DNA of 63,811 nucleotides, counting the filler, from Octopus bimaculoides (lineage: Eukaryota), in the NCBI RefSeq assembly GCF_001194135.2. It is 3 parts of 3 records of this genome, joined end to end, with 100 filler letters (N's around TTAATTAATTAA, not from the genome) between each part and the next. Parts side by side here need not be neighbours in the genome. Positions count along the whole stretch, not along the records: positions 38,117 to 63,811 come from NC_069002.1; 2 more parts are not named here. One strand, 5' to 3'. Of the stretch, positions 48,270 to 60,916 are shown one piece after another (positions within the stretch are counted from its first letter, which is position 1; each line of letters begins with the position of its first letter). The notes below the pieces were generated by a model, which made no database searches, had not been told where the DNA came from, and saw nothing but the letters and a program-made list of their open reading frames with translations. The position numbers were made by a program, and so were the translations under genes.

Positions 48270-49109
48270 TACATATATATATATATATACATACAGGTAC
48301 ACACACACACACACACANNNNNNNNNNNNNNNNNNNNNNNNNNNNNNNNNNNNNNNNNNNNNNNNNNNNNNNNNNNNNNNNNNNNNNNNNNNNNNNNNNN
48401 NNNNNNNNNNNNNNNNNNNNNNNNNNNNNNNNNNNNNNNNNNNNNNNNNNNNNNNNNNNNNNNNNTATATATTGGAATACGCTATACAGTTGTAAGTCGC
48501 CGGTATAGGGAAAAGGTCGAAAGTGGCAGTGGTGTCAATGAGATTGACTTTAGTGTATGATGTATAAATCCTGACGTGAACGCAATCCAATTACTAAAAG
48601 CAGTAAAGTACAAAATGGTGAAGGAATAGCGATGCAGTTTGATTTAACATCAGAAACATAGAAGCAAAGAAAGATCACAATATTAATCGCCAGGATGACG
48701 ATGATAATGGTAATAGTGATGATGATGATGACATCGTCATCGCTGTCAACATCATCGTCAACACCCTCACCATTGTCATCTTAATTATGTCTCTCATCAA
48801 TTATCAGGCAACATGCCAAACGAAGAAATATTTCGGATGGCGCCAAATGGAAGTCATTGGCTTCTGTCTAACCAGTAATTCCGATGTGATTGACGCGTTA
48901 AGGATATCGGTATAAGTTAACGGAAGGAGGTGTAAAAGAATTTAGAAGAACAGCCAAAGGGTTTGTATAAGAATGGAAACGGGGGGGGGAGCAGCAACGG
49001 CAACAACAACATGAACTACAGCGACGATGGATTTAACTGTGATATGGGGCAAAGCAAAAAGAAGAAATGATGAAATCTAAAAAGAAGAGACGACACGGAT
49101 GAAGAAGAA

Positions 49110-49128
49110 GAACGTTGTGGATGATGAA

Positions 49129-49170
<42 letters not shown>

Positions 49171-49171
49171 A

Positions 49172-49224
<53 letters not shown>

Positions 49225-49745
49225 GATGCGAAGGAGGAAGAGGAGGAGATGGTGCTGGAGATGGAGGTGGGGGTGGGGAGGATGGTTGGGGTGATGGTGA
49301 TTAGCATGATCGTAATGGTGCTGGTGGTAGCGGTGATGACGGTGGTGATGACGATCATCATCATGCTGACGACGACGATGACGATGATGAGATAGAAGAA
49401 GAAGGACAGCAATAACATGACGTCGCAGTGGTTAATGATTGATCTTCTGTTGATGTTGAAACTTTAGGAAATCAGTCACAATGATAATGAGGAGGGGGAG
49501 AGGGAGGTGGGAAGGAAGAGCAAGATGAGCAGGAGTAAGACTACGTCTGCAACAATGACAACGACGCTGGCGTTTATGGCTGTTGAGCTTTTGCTGCTCG
49601 TGTCGTGGGCGCGGCATGTTGATCGAGGTGGTCGTATCAGGAGAACTTCTTATGACACCAATGTTATAGCTATTTGCATATTGTAATGTTTCTTCATTAA
49701 CATCATCGCCTAGGCACCAATCTTACCCACCTCCTCAGAACCATT

Positions 49746-49785
<40 letters not shown>

Positions 49786-49970
49786 ACATCATTCAACATC
49801 ATCATTATCATCATCATTATTACTACCATCATTTTCATCATCATCTTCATCGCCATCTATTTTATCATCATCATCGTCATCATTATCAACATAAATACCA
49901 TCGTTAATATCATCACTGACAATCATTACTATCATTACGATCATGATCATCATCACCAACAACAACGACA
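49110..49970. repeat. Trinucleotide arrays: (GAT/GGT)n at 49120-49395 and (CAT)n at 49743-49965
   Basis: Direct repeats. Confidence 0.9.
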
Positions 49971-50401
49971 ACTCACATGTGACCGTCTCCCATTAGAATG
50001 TTGTCATCTTCGTCAACGTCACCAATTTGGCTGTCAGCTTGATACGACAGCGCTGGCAGACTTGCTTGGATATGTTAGTCATTCACGTTGTGTAATTGCA
50101 TAATTAAATATTGAACAGAAGATTAATCAATAAGCCAGAAGAGATAGGAAGATATTATCAAACAGTAATAGGCTAATCACTGATAAGAGAAGCCATTTTC
50201 CTGAAGGTATAATCAAAATTTGAATATTTTCAGCAGGAATGAATATAAACTTATTACGACTATACACTCATACTAACAAACATACATGCATACACTGACA
50301 CAAACACACAAAAACACACATACAAGCATATCCAGAGTTAGCGTAATGAACGTCAAGTCATACACAAATATCTATATATATATCTATATCTATACCTACA
50401 T

Positions 50402-50462
<61 letters not shown>

Positions 50463-50910
50463 NNNNNNNNNNNNNNNNNNNNNNNNNNNNNNNNNNNNNN
50501 NNNNNNNNNNNNNNNNNNNNNNNNNNNNNNNNNNNNNNNNNNNNNNNNNNNNNNNNNNNNNNNNNNNNNNNNNNNNNNNNNNNNNNNNNNNNNNNNNNNN
50601 NNNNNNNNNNNNNNNNNNNNNNNNNNNNNNNNNNNNNNNNNNNNNNNNNNNNNNNNNNNNNNNNNNNNNNNNNNNNNNNNNNNNNNNNNNNNNNNNNNNN
50701 NNNNNNNNNNNNNNNNNNNNNNNNNNNNNNNNNNNNNNNNNNNNNNNNNNNNNNNNNNNNNNNNNNNNNNNNNNNNNNNNNNNNNNNNNNNNNNNNNNNN
50801 NNNNNNNNNNNNNNNNNNNNNNNNNNNNNNNNNNNNNNNNNNNNNNNNNNNNNNNNNNNNNNNNNNNNNNNNNNNNNNNNNNNNNNNNNNNNNNNNNNNN
50901 NNNNNNNNNN

Positions 50911-50956
<46 letters not shown>

Positions 50957-51099
50957 TACATGTACACGTGTTCGGGGTTAAAACTGACAGATTGCATAAA
51001 AGGAAAGAAAAAACATAATTCTTCATCCATGAATGGAATGTATTATAAACAAAATATAAAAAATACCATCTCGATTATGGCTGGGTGATAAATAGCTTA

Positions 51100-52880
51100 T
51101 TCAATGTTGACACCCCTCAGTTTCCAATATGGTCTCAATACTGCTGCGGCATCTCTTTTGAAGGCCATCCTATTGATGCCTGTTGATGGATGCTATTGGT
51201 TCGCAGAATATATGTAGTCATTCTCGAAGGCAGTGTAGGCAATTGTTAACTCCGGCTGAGTGGAAATAAAGTGGAACAACGATGTGGCGATTTCGCTAAC
51301 CCCGCATCTGAGAAAGTGATTATGCTATGTATATTATAAAGTCATTGGCAATTATGCCCGTGTAATTGTCAAGTGATGCTATCGGATGATCTAAATGTAG
51401 AACTGTAAAGTCCATGAGAGGCACAATTCTACGGACGGGTAGTTGGTAGAATTTCAAACGTTACAGGTTTGAGTTTAGGCTGACGGTCGTTGTAGGTGAG
51501 CGCTTGCGTCTATTGTATCGATCGATGATAGAAACGATGTTGCCTAAACAGCAGTAACAAACGTTATGAGGACTGAAGAGATTATATTATTAATGATCCC
51601 CTTACTAACTACTTCTTGATGGACAGCATAAAGACCCTTATGTTAGTTGAAAGTTCTACGTTATATGGAGGGGTGAACCACATCAGATTCCTTTTTCTGT
51701 TTCTCTTCGGCTGGATGTATGGAATGATGTGCTCTCCATATAGATTAACTTTTCTGTGAATCCACTTTTCGCGTTGTACTTGTGCGTTTCTACTAAAGAT
51801 TTCTGTCCATTGAAATTTAGAAATTCTACTAACGCGTAGGATTAAATTTTTAATCACATCAGGGGTGGTTAGAGTTTCAGTGAATATACAGTTTCCTGAA
51901 TGGGTTTTCTTTATGGATAATACTTACCCGTTTCTTGATCTAGGGATGGAAACAGTCATAGATAGTCGAAATCCTGAAACATCTTTATCAGATACTTCCA
52001 GAACTCAAACTTGACGTAACCGTTCACGACTCTTGAGATTGCTAGGTCGTTGTCCCGATACAAAGCCGACTCTATGGGTGGTGCGCTTCCTTGCAGGATA
52101 ATAAATCGACGAGGTCAGCGATCAAGGCACCGTCGTGCCTCACCATAAATAAGTGGAACAGTGGTCACACTCGATCACACTGTAAGAACCATCATGAACC
52201 ACGATTTACATTCTAGCTTTCATGAGGATTCTGACATCGGAGCTGCTGATATTGGTGGATTTCCTGCCGAAATCTAGTTTTTATGGGGAGGTATTTCGAT
52301 TGCCTTATTCTCGACGCTACGGAACGATTTGATCATTATGGTGCTGCAACCACAATAGACGGAACGGTTTCATATCAGAGGTAATAGTATCGATAACACT
52401 TACTAATAATGCTTAAGTAACAATGTTCTGACAGTGTTAAGAAGTCTGCATTTGTGATTCGAAAGGAAGTTAGATTTATGTTTCCACTGGGTTGGGTGCT
52501 ACCCAATTCTTTATATTGAAGTAAATATCTTATACTGTTGTAAGCAGAAATGTTGGTTTTCTCCTACGTTTTGCAGATAGTATTTGTAAGAAGACTTCCA
52601 TGCGTGCAAATATCAGTTTCATATGTTATTTAGTTTGTCTGCACAGATGTTTACATTAGATGATTGCTTCATTTTTGCAATGTAATTGTTGAAAGAGTTA
52701 AGGAAGTGTTTATAATGATGCTGAAACGTTACCTTCTTTATGATGTTCGCTAAATTCGCACCAAACCCCTCGATGTCTTCTATCTATGGAAGGTCCTTTA
52801 AGAATTTAGTGCTGAATCTGTCTCCGGGAGTGGGTGTGGACGTGCCTTGAAAATTAAGGATCTCCAGCGGGTATGCTTCA
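51100..52880 (-). mobile_element. Fragmented Penelope-like element (N-terminus, RT and GIY-YIG region)
   Basis: TRWRSLIF / FGANLANIIKKVTF (52725-52880); HDGALIADLV, LYRDNDLAI, YIH*NSNHP; RKRNLMWFTPPYNVELSTNI; CLHCLRE*LHI. Confidence 0.85.
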
Positions 52881-53587
52881 GGTTACAATTATTTCTTTAG
52901 ATGACGCCCATTGAATAAAGTTTTCTTGATGTTCGGATATTTTTGAAAGAGCATGATAGTTGTTCTCTTTCCACCTCAAACCATTAATTGGACGTAATTC
53001 GATGGGGCTCACCAGAGTTCGGAACACTAGTATGAGTGAGTGGACAAATGTAAGGAATTGGCGCTCAGCACGTCTGATAATAGTTACATATACTATTATT
53101 TTCAAATAACAGATTGTTTCGTCTCTATGCATCTTAAATTTTCTTTGGCTCTTAAATCGAATCAATCTCGTCAAGCGAGTAAAAACCGACTTGCGGCGTG
53201 ACCTAAATGGCATTTGGAAATTGGGCTGCAATTAACGAAATGCTGTGATTAGTAAGTAGCGACATCGACTGCATGTCTGAATTCCAGCTGAATTCCTAGG
53301 ACCACATGATAGGACAGGATGTTAGTGGCGACACTCTGTCTACGAAATGCAGTTTCATATATTAGGGACACCAGTTCAATGTGGGCTGTACGAACACACA
53401 CACACATACATAATAGATATACAAACACACATGCCAGATACACTCACACCAAGTGAACAGATCAACAAACTGATGTCTCCAACGTATACATGCTCCACAG
53501 GCACATACGCACACGTACCAAACAAACACACCCACACATCAAGTATTCGTATACACGCACGCACGCACACACACACACACACACACG

Positions 53588-53646
<59 letters not shown>

Positions 53647-53781
53647 GAGCGTTGTTAAACAAGTGCAGGCTCCAAAACCACGTGTCATTTTAGACTTGTC
53701 TTATTCTGCTTCTAAAAGCGTGAAGAGATACGTTCGTTTGATGAGACTTATCTAATATAGATGTGTGTGTTTGTGTGCGTG

Positions 53782-53838
<57 letters not shown>

Positions 53839-53855
53839 AGACTATTTAGAGTTAT

Positions 53856-54030
53856 TTCAAGATTTCCTGTCAATAAGGCAGGAACCGGTTTCTAACCTCG
53901 ATCCCAGGCTGCTTCATTTGAATTTCAACATCAACAGGGTATTTTTCTACGTACGTGTGCAGATTTGCAAGTTTTGTTTTATGTGTTTATTCTCCTGCAT
54001 ATACTTGCATGTCTAGACATGCACATACAT
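53856..54030 (+). mobile_element. Uninterrupted copy of the 26370 repeat (empty site for the hAT MITE)
   Basis: TGCATATACTTGCATGTCTAGACATGC versus TGCATAGAGTTGCATG[MITE]GTTGCATGCCTAGACCTGC. Confidence 0.8.
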
Positions 54031-54299
54031 CCTTAAATGGTAAATTATGTATGTGTGTATATATGTATAGGGAGAATTCACAAAATAAAACAACAGACGA
54101 AGACAGGTGGTGTAGAAAGCGTATGCATATATGTGTGAATGCATGCATGTATGTACAGGTGTGTTCTCACAAAGTATATTTTGTAGCGCTTAAATTCAAC
54201 TACTGATTGAAAATGCAGGAACATTCGTTTGTCAAACTTGATATCTATATACTTCCAACATAAAGCATATCCTCAAGGATTCATAACAAATTAGTAAAT

Positions 54300-54420
54300 T
54301 ACAATAAATGGACAATCCTACACGATGCAGAGCTTCAAATCAGAGGTGCGTTGTGACCTTTGCCTCAGTGAAAAACTTTCGGTTTTATTTGAAATAAAGT
54401 TTTGAATGAGACGACAAAAC
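54300..54420 (+). mobile_element. Penelope-like C-terminal fragment
   Basis: KWTILHDAE..RCDLCLSEKLSVLF matches W.IL..A....RC.LCL.EK..I. Confidence 0.65.
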
Positions 54421-55618
54421 TATCAACACTTTGAATGCATCTTGATAAGCACCATTTATATGATGACCGATCTTAATTTTCTTTGTGGACATTGTCGAAA
54501 TGTTTTCAAAAACTATTCTTATAAAAGTTACTGAAGCAACGCAATGTCATGAATAAACTTTTTTGATTGATCTCCCTTTTATGTAGGTTAAAAGCGGAAT
54601 GGAATGAAAAGTATTTCAAAGGGTTCCAAAATCGTTCATAATATTTTATTTTTGAAACATGTAATGTTTTCTTGATCATTTGTTTTCTCTGTTACATAGT
54701 AACACAGGTACACAATGAACTATATGAGCCGTATAAACGCAGGATTTTGGCCCTTTCGCGAAATGTATCGGTTTTATTATTCCTAACATTATTTATTTTA
54801 AGAATATGTCTTACTTCACTACAGGGCGATGTTTGAGTAAAATATCAAAGCATTCTGACTATAATCCCCTCTAATTATTCTGATGTCGGTGTCTACAGCC
54901 AACGGCTTTCTTATAAACATCTACACAGAATATGTTTCATTAAGAAATATGATATAATGTAACAATTAGCATAGGCATCGAATTTGTTAATAGCATTAAT
55001 TAATTAATGGAACTGAGCTAATGTGTATGCTGCAATATTCACTCAAATGTGATAATTGATGTAATATTTGAAGATTTTGTCTCTCTGGGGTTTTTCTCAA
55101 TAACTGCTCTGTTTTGTGTGCTTTTTCTACATTACTGTAGGGAAAAGTATATCTCAATAACAAATCCCAGATCACAGTGATTTGGGTTATAAACTTACTG
55201 GAGAAACATTTTGTTTACAATCATAATTTTTGTATTAATTAACCATTATTCTAAAAACAGTTAGCATTACCTCTAGTATTATATGACTTTTCTTTATAGC
55301 AAGAGTGACAGGCGATATGTACAACTTACAAAAGATGTACATATCTACATTCCAAGCATAGAGCTTTGTGTATTTGTTAGAAGCCAACTCTTTCTTCAGA
55401 CGTAGAATGCAAATAATTTAAAACAGAAGAGAACTAAAAGAATATACATACACGTATCAATGGTTTTGTGTGTGTATGTCTGTGTATGTGTGTATGTGTG
55501 TGCGTGTGTGTGTGTAATTGCTTTCTAGCTGTCGCTGGTCTGTGTTCATATCTAGTCGAGGTCAATTTAATGTTTTTTAGCTTTTTAGGTCGATAAATAA
55601 TTACCAATCCCAGCTCTT

Positions 55619-55657
<39 letters not shown>

Positions 55658-56151
55658 CTTATCTATCTTCCTACCCATCCAGATTCTTGAGGTAAATCCT
55701 ATGACCATTCCTATGCTAAATAATGTTACACTTGTTCTGCTTCATAAGAAATTTCATGTGGATGCACAATGAAGTGTCTTTCTCTGTCGTTTTGTTTGTG
55801 TTGCCCTCTAACAATCTTCCGCCTCCTACTGCTGTAACTTCCTCTCTTTCTCTCTTACACTTCCTCCTCTATCTCCCGAACATGCTTTACTACGCTTTCT
55901 TTCCTGTCTGCTCTAACTATTCCTCTCTCCCTCACAATATTAGAGAAGTCAAACCGGCCACCAGGTCATATTTTCTCTCTAGTTAAACTTGTCTTTTCTT
56001 TTTGGTGGTCATCGCCAGGTCAAATTTAATTAACACTATGTCCGAAATCTCATTAATTCATTAAATTAGTACTTTTTCCCTTTTCACTAGGCTAAGGGTA
56101 ACCTGAATAGCATGAACAGAAGGAGGTACAGGTGTTATTATGTGAGACAAC

Positions 56152-56335
56152 GTGGTCGATCTGCCTGTCAGAAATAGCAGCCAAATTACCCTCAAATCAC
56201 TCCCTCCTGTCTCTTAGAAAGACGTAATCGATGATGTATTTCTTGACATACTGTATCCGAAATACACAATGGCTGATCAAGGTAAGTCATCTGTGATCAT
56301 AGGTCTGCTAGCTCAGGAGTGTCCTGGGGCTAAAT
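56152..56335 (-). mobile_element. Old interspersed repeat family (other pieces near 17805-17872, 23305-23345, 28395-28470, 31430-31500)
   Basis: Shared GAAATAGCAGCCAAAT..CCCTCAAATCAC and TGATCATAGGTCTGCT..TCAG...CCTGGGGCTAAA blocks. Confidence 0.55.
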
Positions 56336-56394
56336 ATTCAGATATGTTTTCTGCACATTATAAAATATAAATTAAAAGTCAGGTGTGAAATTTA

Positions 56395-56520
56395 CAGAAA
56401 GACAAAACACGAAGACAGGTGAATAAACAACAAGCAGTTGTATTAGTTTAACGCTCGAGAAAGTGAGCCTATGCTCTTCAACAGGAAGGTATAAGAGAAA
56501 ATAAACAGGGAGAAAGAATA
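56395..56520 (-). mobile_element. Penelope-type terminal repeat fragment with a broken hammerhead core
   Basis: Minus strand CTGTTGAA-GAGC-ATAG-GCTC with the following GAAAC absent. Confidence 0.45.
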
Positions 56521-56954
56521 AAATAAACTGGAGTATTTAGCGGTCAAGCATGGAAACTGTTTGGAAAAAGAAGGTTTTGACAGGAGAGTTAGAAAGAAGG
56601 GGAGGTAATAAAGTATTGGTGATCTGAAAACGAAGGTGCGAGTGTGTGTGTGTATGTGAGAATGTGTAAGTGTGTGTGTGTGAATAGAGTCTAGTGACTT
56701 TGACGGTGGATGTGTACGCGAGTGTGTGCACGTCTGTAATGTGTAGGTGTGTGAATGATGATGTGTGTGTGGCGATGTGGATTATATGTGGGTTCGGTTG
56801 TGGTGTAAGGATGTGGTGCAGTGTGGTATGGGAATATAGGGGCGGGGGAAGTGGCTAGTATGTGTGGATTGGTATTATATGGTGTGGCCTTGTGGTCGTG
56901 TGAAGTAAGACACAGACGTCACTAGGGGCAGGCGTCGCTAGGCGCAGGCATGGC

Positions 56955-57123
56955 TTGACGCAGGCCTGGCTGTGCGGTAAGCTTCCTACACAATCACATA
57001 TTTCCGGGTTCATTCCCCCTGCGTGGTACCTAGGGCAAATGTCTTCTGTTATAGCCTCGGGCCGACCAAAGCATTACGAGTGGATTTGGGAGACGAAAAC
57101 TGAAAGAAGCCCGCCGTATATAT
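56955..57123 (+). mobile_element. 5' half of the ~400-bp CORE-type SINE
   Basis: GGCTGTGCGGTAAG...ACCTAGGGCAAATGTCTTC...GAAAACTGAAAGAAGCCCGCCGTATATAT. Confidence 0.88.
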
Positions 57124-57354
57124 NNNNNNNNNNNNNNNNNNNNNNNNNNNNNNNNNNNNNNNNNNNNNNNNNNNNNNNNNNNNNNNNNNNNNNNNNNNNN
57201 NNNNNNNNNNNNNNNNNNNNNNNNNNNNNNNNNNNNNNNNNNNNNNNNNNNNNNNNNNNNNNNNNNNNNNNNNNNNNNNNNNNNNNNNNNNNNNNNNNNN
57301 NNNNNNNNNNNNNNNNNNNNNNNNNNNNNNNNNNNNNNNATATATATATATATA

Positions 57355-57870
57355 TATATAAAATACAAAAATGGGACAAGAACGCAAAACATCCAAACAG
57401 ACGATACAAAGAAATCAAGGACGGGTCATTCGGAGGTTTCTTTTCTCAGTCGAGTTCCAGATTATCTTTGCAATTTCGGCTGGTTATACTCAAGATTGCT
57501 CCAATCTGGCCAGCCCCAATGAAAATCTACGCTAAGAGCATTAGCTTCCTTGGAAGAAAGCAGTGAATGTATACGAAAACAAGGACGAAAAAAGCGGAGA
57601 AATGTTACACAAATACAAATGCAAATAACAGGACATAACAACAGGTGTCTTTCGACTAATGAAAAATTAAATTAAGCTGGCCTGTGTGGAAGTAAAGCCT
57701 TACGGCAGACACAAGTTATTTGACAGGCAGAGGGAGGAATACATATGTTACACGGATGGTAGTCGAGCCAAGAAAGAAAGGTCAGACTTGGCCGAACACC
57801 GGTCAAGTGGGGAGAGAAATGAAGAGGCAGAAGGATAGAAGAATTAAGGAGGGGCGAGAAAAAAATTAAA
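57355..57870. mobile_element. Unclassified repeat lying between the two SINE halves
   Basis: Complex sequence starting at a (TA)n run; I recognise it as a common octopus repeat but cannot classify it here. Confidence 0.45.
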
Positions 57871-57889
57871 TATGTATGTATGTATACAT

Positions 57890-58110
57890 TGGTGAATTTG
57901 TGTCTGCGTTTCCCCACCACCACCACCACCATCACCTGGGAACCTATGTTGATGTGTTTACGTCTCTACAACATAGCGGTCGGGAAGAAGAGACCGATAG
58001 AATAAGTATTAGGCTTACAAAAATAAGTCTTGGGGTTGATTTGTTCGACTAAACCCACTTAAGGTGGTTCTCCAGCATGGCCGCAGTCAAATGACTGAAA
58101 TATTGAAATG
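57890..58110 (+). mobile_element. 3' half of the ~400-bp CORE-type SINE
   Basis: GTGTTTACGTC...GAGACCGATAGAATAAGTATTAGGCTTAC...CTCCAGCATGGCCGCAGTCAAATGACTGAAA. Confidence 0.88.
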
Positions 58111-60916
58111 AATATAAGAATAACAGGATAAAGGAATGACCTATGTGCATCTGTAATCTGACCTTTCTTTTGAAGAAAGAAAACCTATATTTGTATTAGA
58201 TTATCTTGGAAATTTCCTAATGAAATTTTAAAACTCATCCATTCTGCTGACTTCGAAACCTTGTCTTTATTTCTCATGTCGACAACCGATAACTATATCC
58301 AACAGAATCTGTACAAGTGACTATCACTAGAAATACATAATGACACTAATGCTCACGGTGGGAGTGGCTTATATCATCCCAACTGTTCCAATGGCTTCTG
58401 TTCATGAATTCATGAATTTCACTTTAATCGGCGCGTTGTAGGCAACAAAAAGCAATAAACTTTGCTTTTTTTCTAACAGAACGCCTAATCTACAGGAAAA
58501 ATATTACTTCTCTCTGTGAGTCACACCTTTGAAAATTAAATCAAACGTTAACCAAGAGTAAACGCAAAAACAATAATTTAGCAACAGAAAGATGATAAAT
58601 GTCCTATATACGTAACATGTATTCAAAATAGGTGGCTGCCAAACAAATAAAAAACAAATCTTTCATATGTTGATGTGATTATTAGATTTAACTTTATAGA
58701 ATCTTGAAATTGATCGAAGTATTATATCCAGCAATATCTCATACGCAATTGTACAAAACTGCAAGTCAACAGCATCTACATATCATAGAATTCCGCTTTG
58801 TTCAAACTGTTCCTTTGTAATATTTTGTAGTTAGACACATAATATTGTCATAAAATATCCCTAAAGCACAGAGACCGACATAGACATAGTGGAACATGCA
58901 AAAGGTAGATTCTATTGAGTGTTTATTACTAAAATATTTCGATTAATTTAAGTTTTTACACTATTAAGTTAATGTGTACATAGGAGAAATTTCAGTCGCA
59001 CGTCATTTATGTTTCGCTTAGTTCAGCTAATATATCAATTCAAAATTTGCAGATCATTGATTTTAATTCCAATATATCGAACTAAACAAAACTATTGATT
59101 GATTCCTCGTCAACTTCAACATTGATCGTTGAGTTATTCAACCAAATGAATCATTACTTCTAAAATTAACGTGTAAGGGATATGGGTATTCCACAATATG
59201 TGTAGCTTTAATGAAATTTTGAAACCAAACCCTTATAAGACAGTGTATCATGACTAACTCGTGATATATTCACGTACATTTCTGTAGGTGAGAATATTTA
59301 ATCGCTGCATGTGCTTCAGCTTATGTAAATATAAAATTAATGACATTAATGAGTTTTTAATAATTTGCTTAATGAAGCAATTTATATATTTAAAATTATT
59401 GTGGCTAATATATTATGGGATGAAAATTAGGAATCCGTTTAGAAAGCTTACACATTCCAGTTACAGACATCTAACGTGCAGATTTTATTATATATATCAA
59501 TATATACTACACAGTTATGACTGTCAAACATCTAATTACTTCTGCGATTCTATAAAAATGTTCAATCAAATTATTTGATAAGGAAAGAGTTACAGCTTTA
59601 TTTTTCGTGTCTCTCGTAAATAATTTAGTTTCCATTAGCAAAATGTTAGCTGATTGTAATTGGTATCGTTGATTTGATTCTATGTTACTTTTAATCGAAT
59701 AACTCTACAAAGAAAGGTGTTCCAGCGATGACCATCCCAGTAGCTCTGAAAGTGTCTCATATTTTATAATAACATGTCATATAAGAAGATTTTGCCACTT
59801 CTCCTCAATCCGATGAGCAGTCGCCTAGAAGCTCCGACCGTCACTGATTCTAAAGATATTTGTCCGACAATAACAGTTAACATCTAAAACAAATAAATCG
59901 TTAGTTTTAGTTTTGATTTAAGAGTACATTTGAGATACTTGCAACCGTTAGGAAAAAAAATTCTTGTGGGCATCGTCCTAGATTTTCTTCCAAGCATTCG
60001 ATAGAACGATAATTGACAATATTCTAATCTAATCTGAAGAAAACTTTACTTCTAAGTTTGTGAAGTAATAATAAGATAATAGCTATCCATACAATAACAC
60101 ATGCAATCACAGACATATACATACAAATATATGTACATATACACACACATATATACATAGATATATATGTATATATACAAATACATACACTTATATATAT
60201 ATATTGTAAAATTATTAAAATGCGCTGAAAAAAGATAACGTTTCTGAGACTTTTACTGGCGTCAGAATAAATCAAGAAATCAACAGAAGAAACGAATTGT
60301 ATTTATGAGTCGTGAGAATAATTAACGCCATTTACGCTGATGAATTTAGCTATATGAGCATTTTTAGGCAAACCAGTGTAATTAGCTGTTTGTATATTGA
60401 CTAAATTTCAGTTTACACGTTAATACTAATTAAGAAGTGTTAATTCGTACTTTACTTTTAACGGTGCTATTTAAATCTTGCAACAACGATTAATATTTGT
60501 CTAAGATCAGATATTGATATTATAGCAATATAATTAGTGAAATAGTGAAATGCGTTCACTATGTATTAAGTGCACTGTGACAGAGTTTAATTATTATCGA
60601 AGTCGGTTTTAATTTACAAAAGTACCATATGGATTAGATGTTAAAATACTTAGTTCGTTAACGTCAGTTGAATATCAAATTAATTTGAAGAAAAGTGGAG
60701 TATTTCGTTTTGTTAATCAGCATCACTATCTTCGAATATTGTAAGCTGGCAAATATGTGATAAATTTGAGAACAGATATCGGGAGTACGGTAAGTAGACA
60801 GTCTCTTTCTTTCTAGATTTAAGCAATTGTATTTAATTTCTCTTAACAGCATTTTATATGTAAGTTAGTGCAAGGAACAAGATGAAGTGTAAATATATAA
60901 AATTAAATCTTATATT

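Noticed and set aside
3129-57566. Long ORFs that span N gaps or read YI/VC/TH/ER repeats
   Set aside because: Artefacts of unknown bases and dinucleotide repeats
33409-60518. CAGATATTGAT three times (33409, 35966, 60508)
   Set aside because: AT-rich 11-mer found post hoc, with no flanking homology
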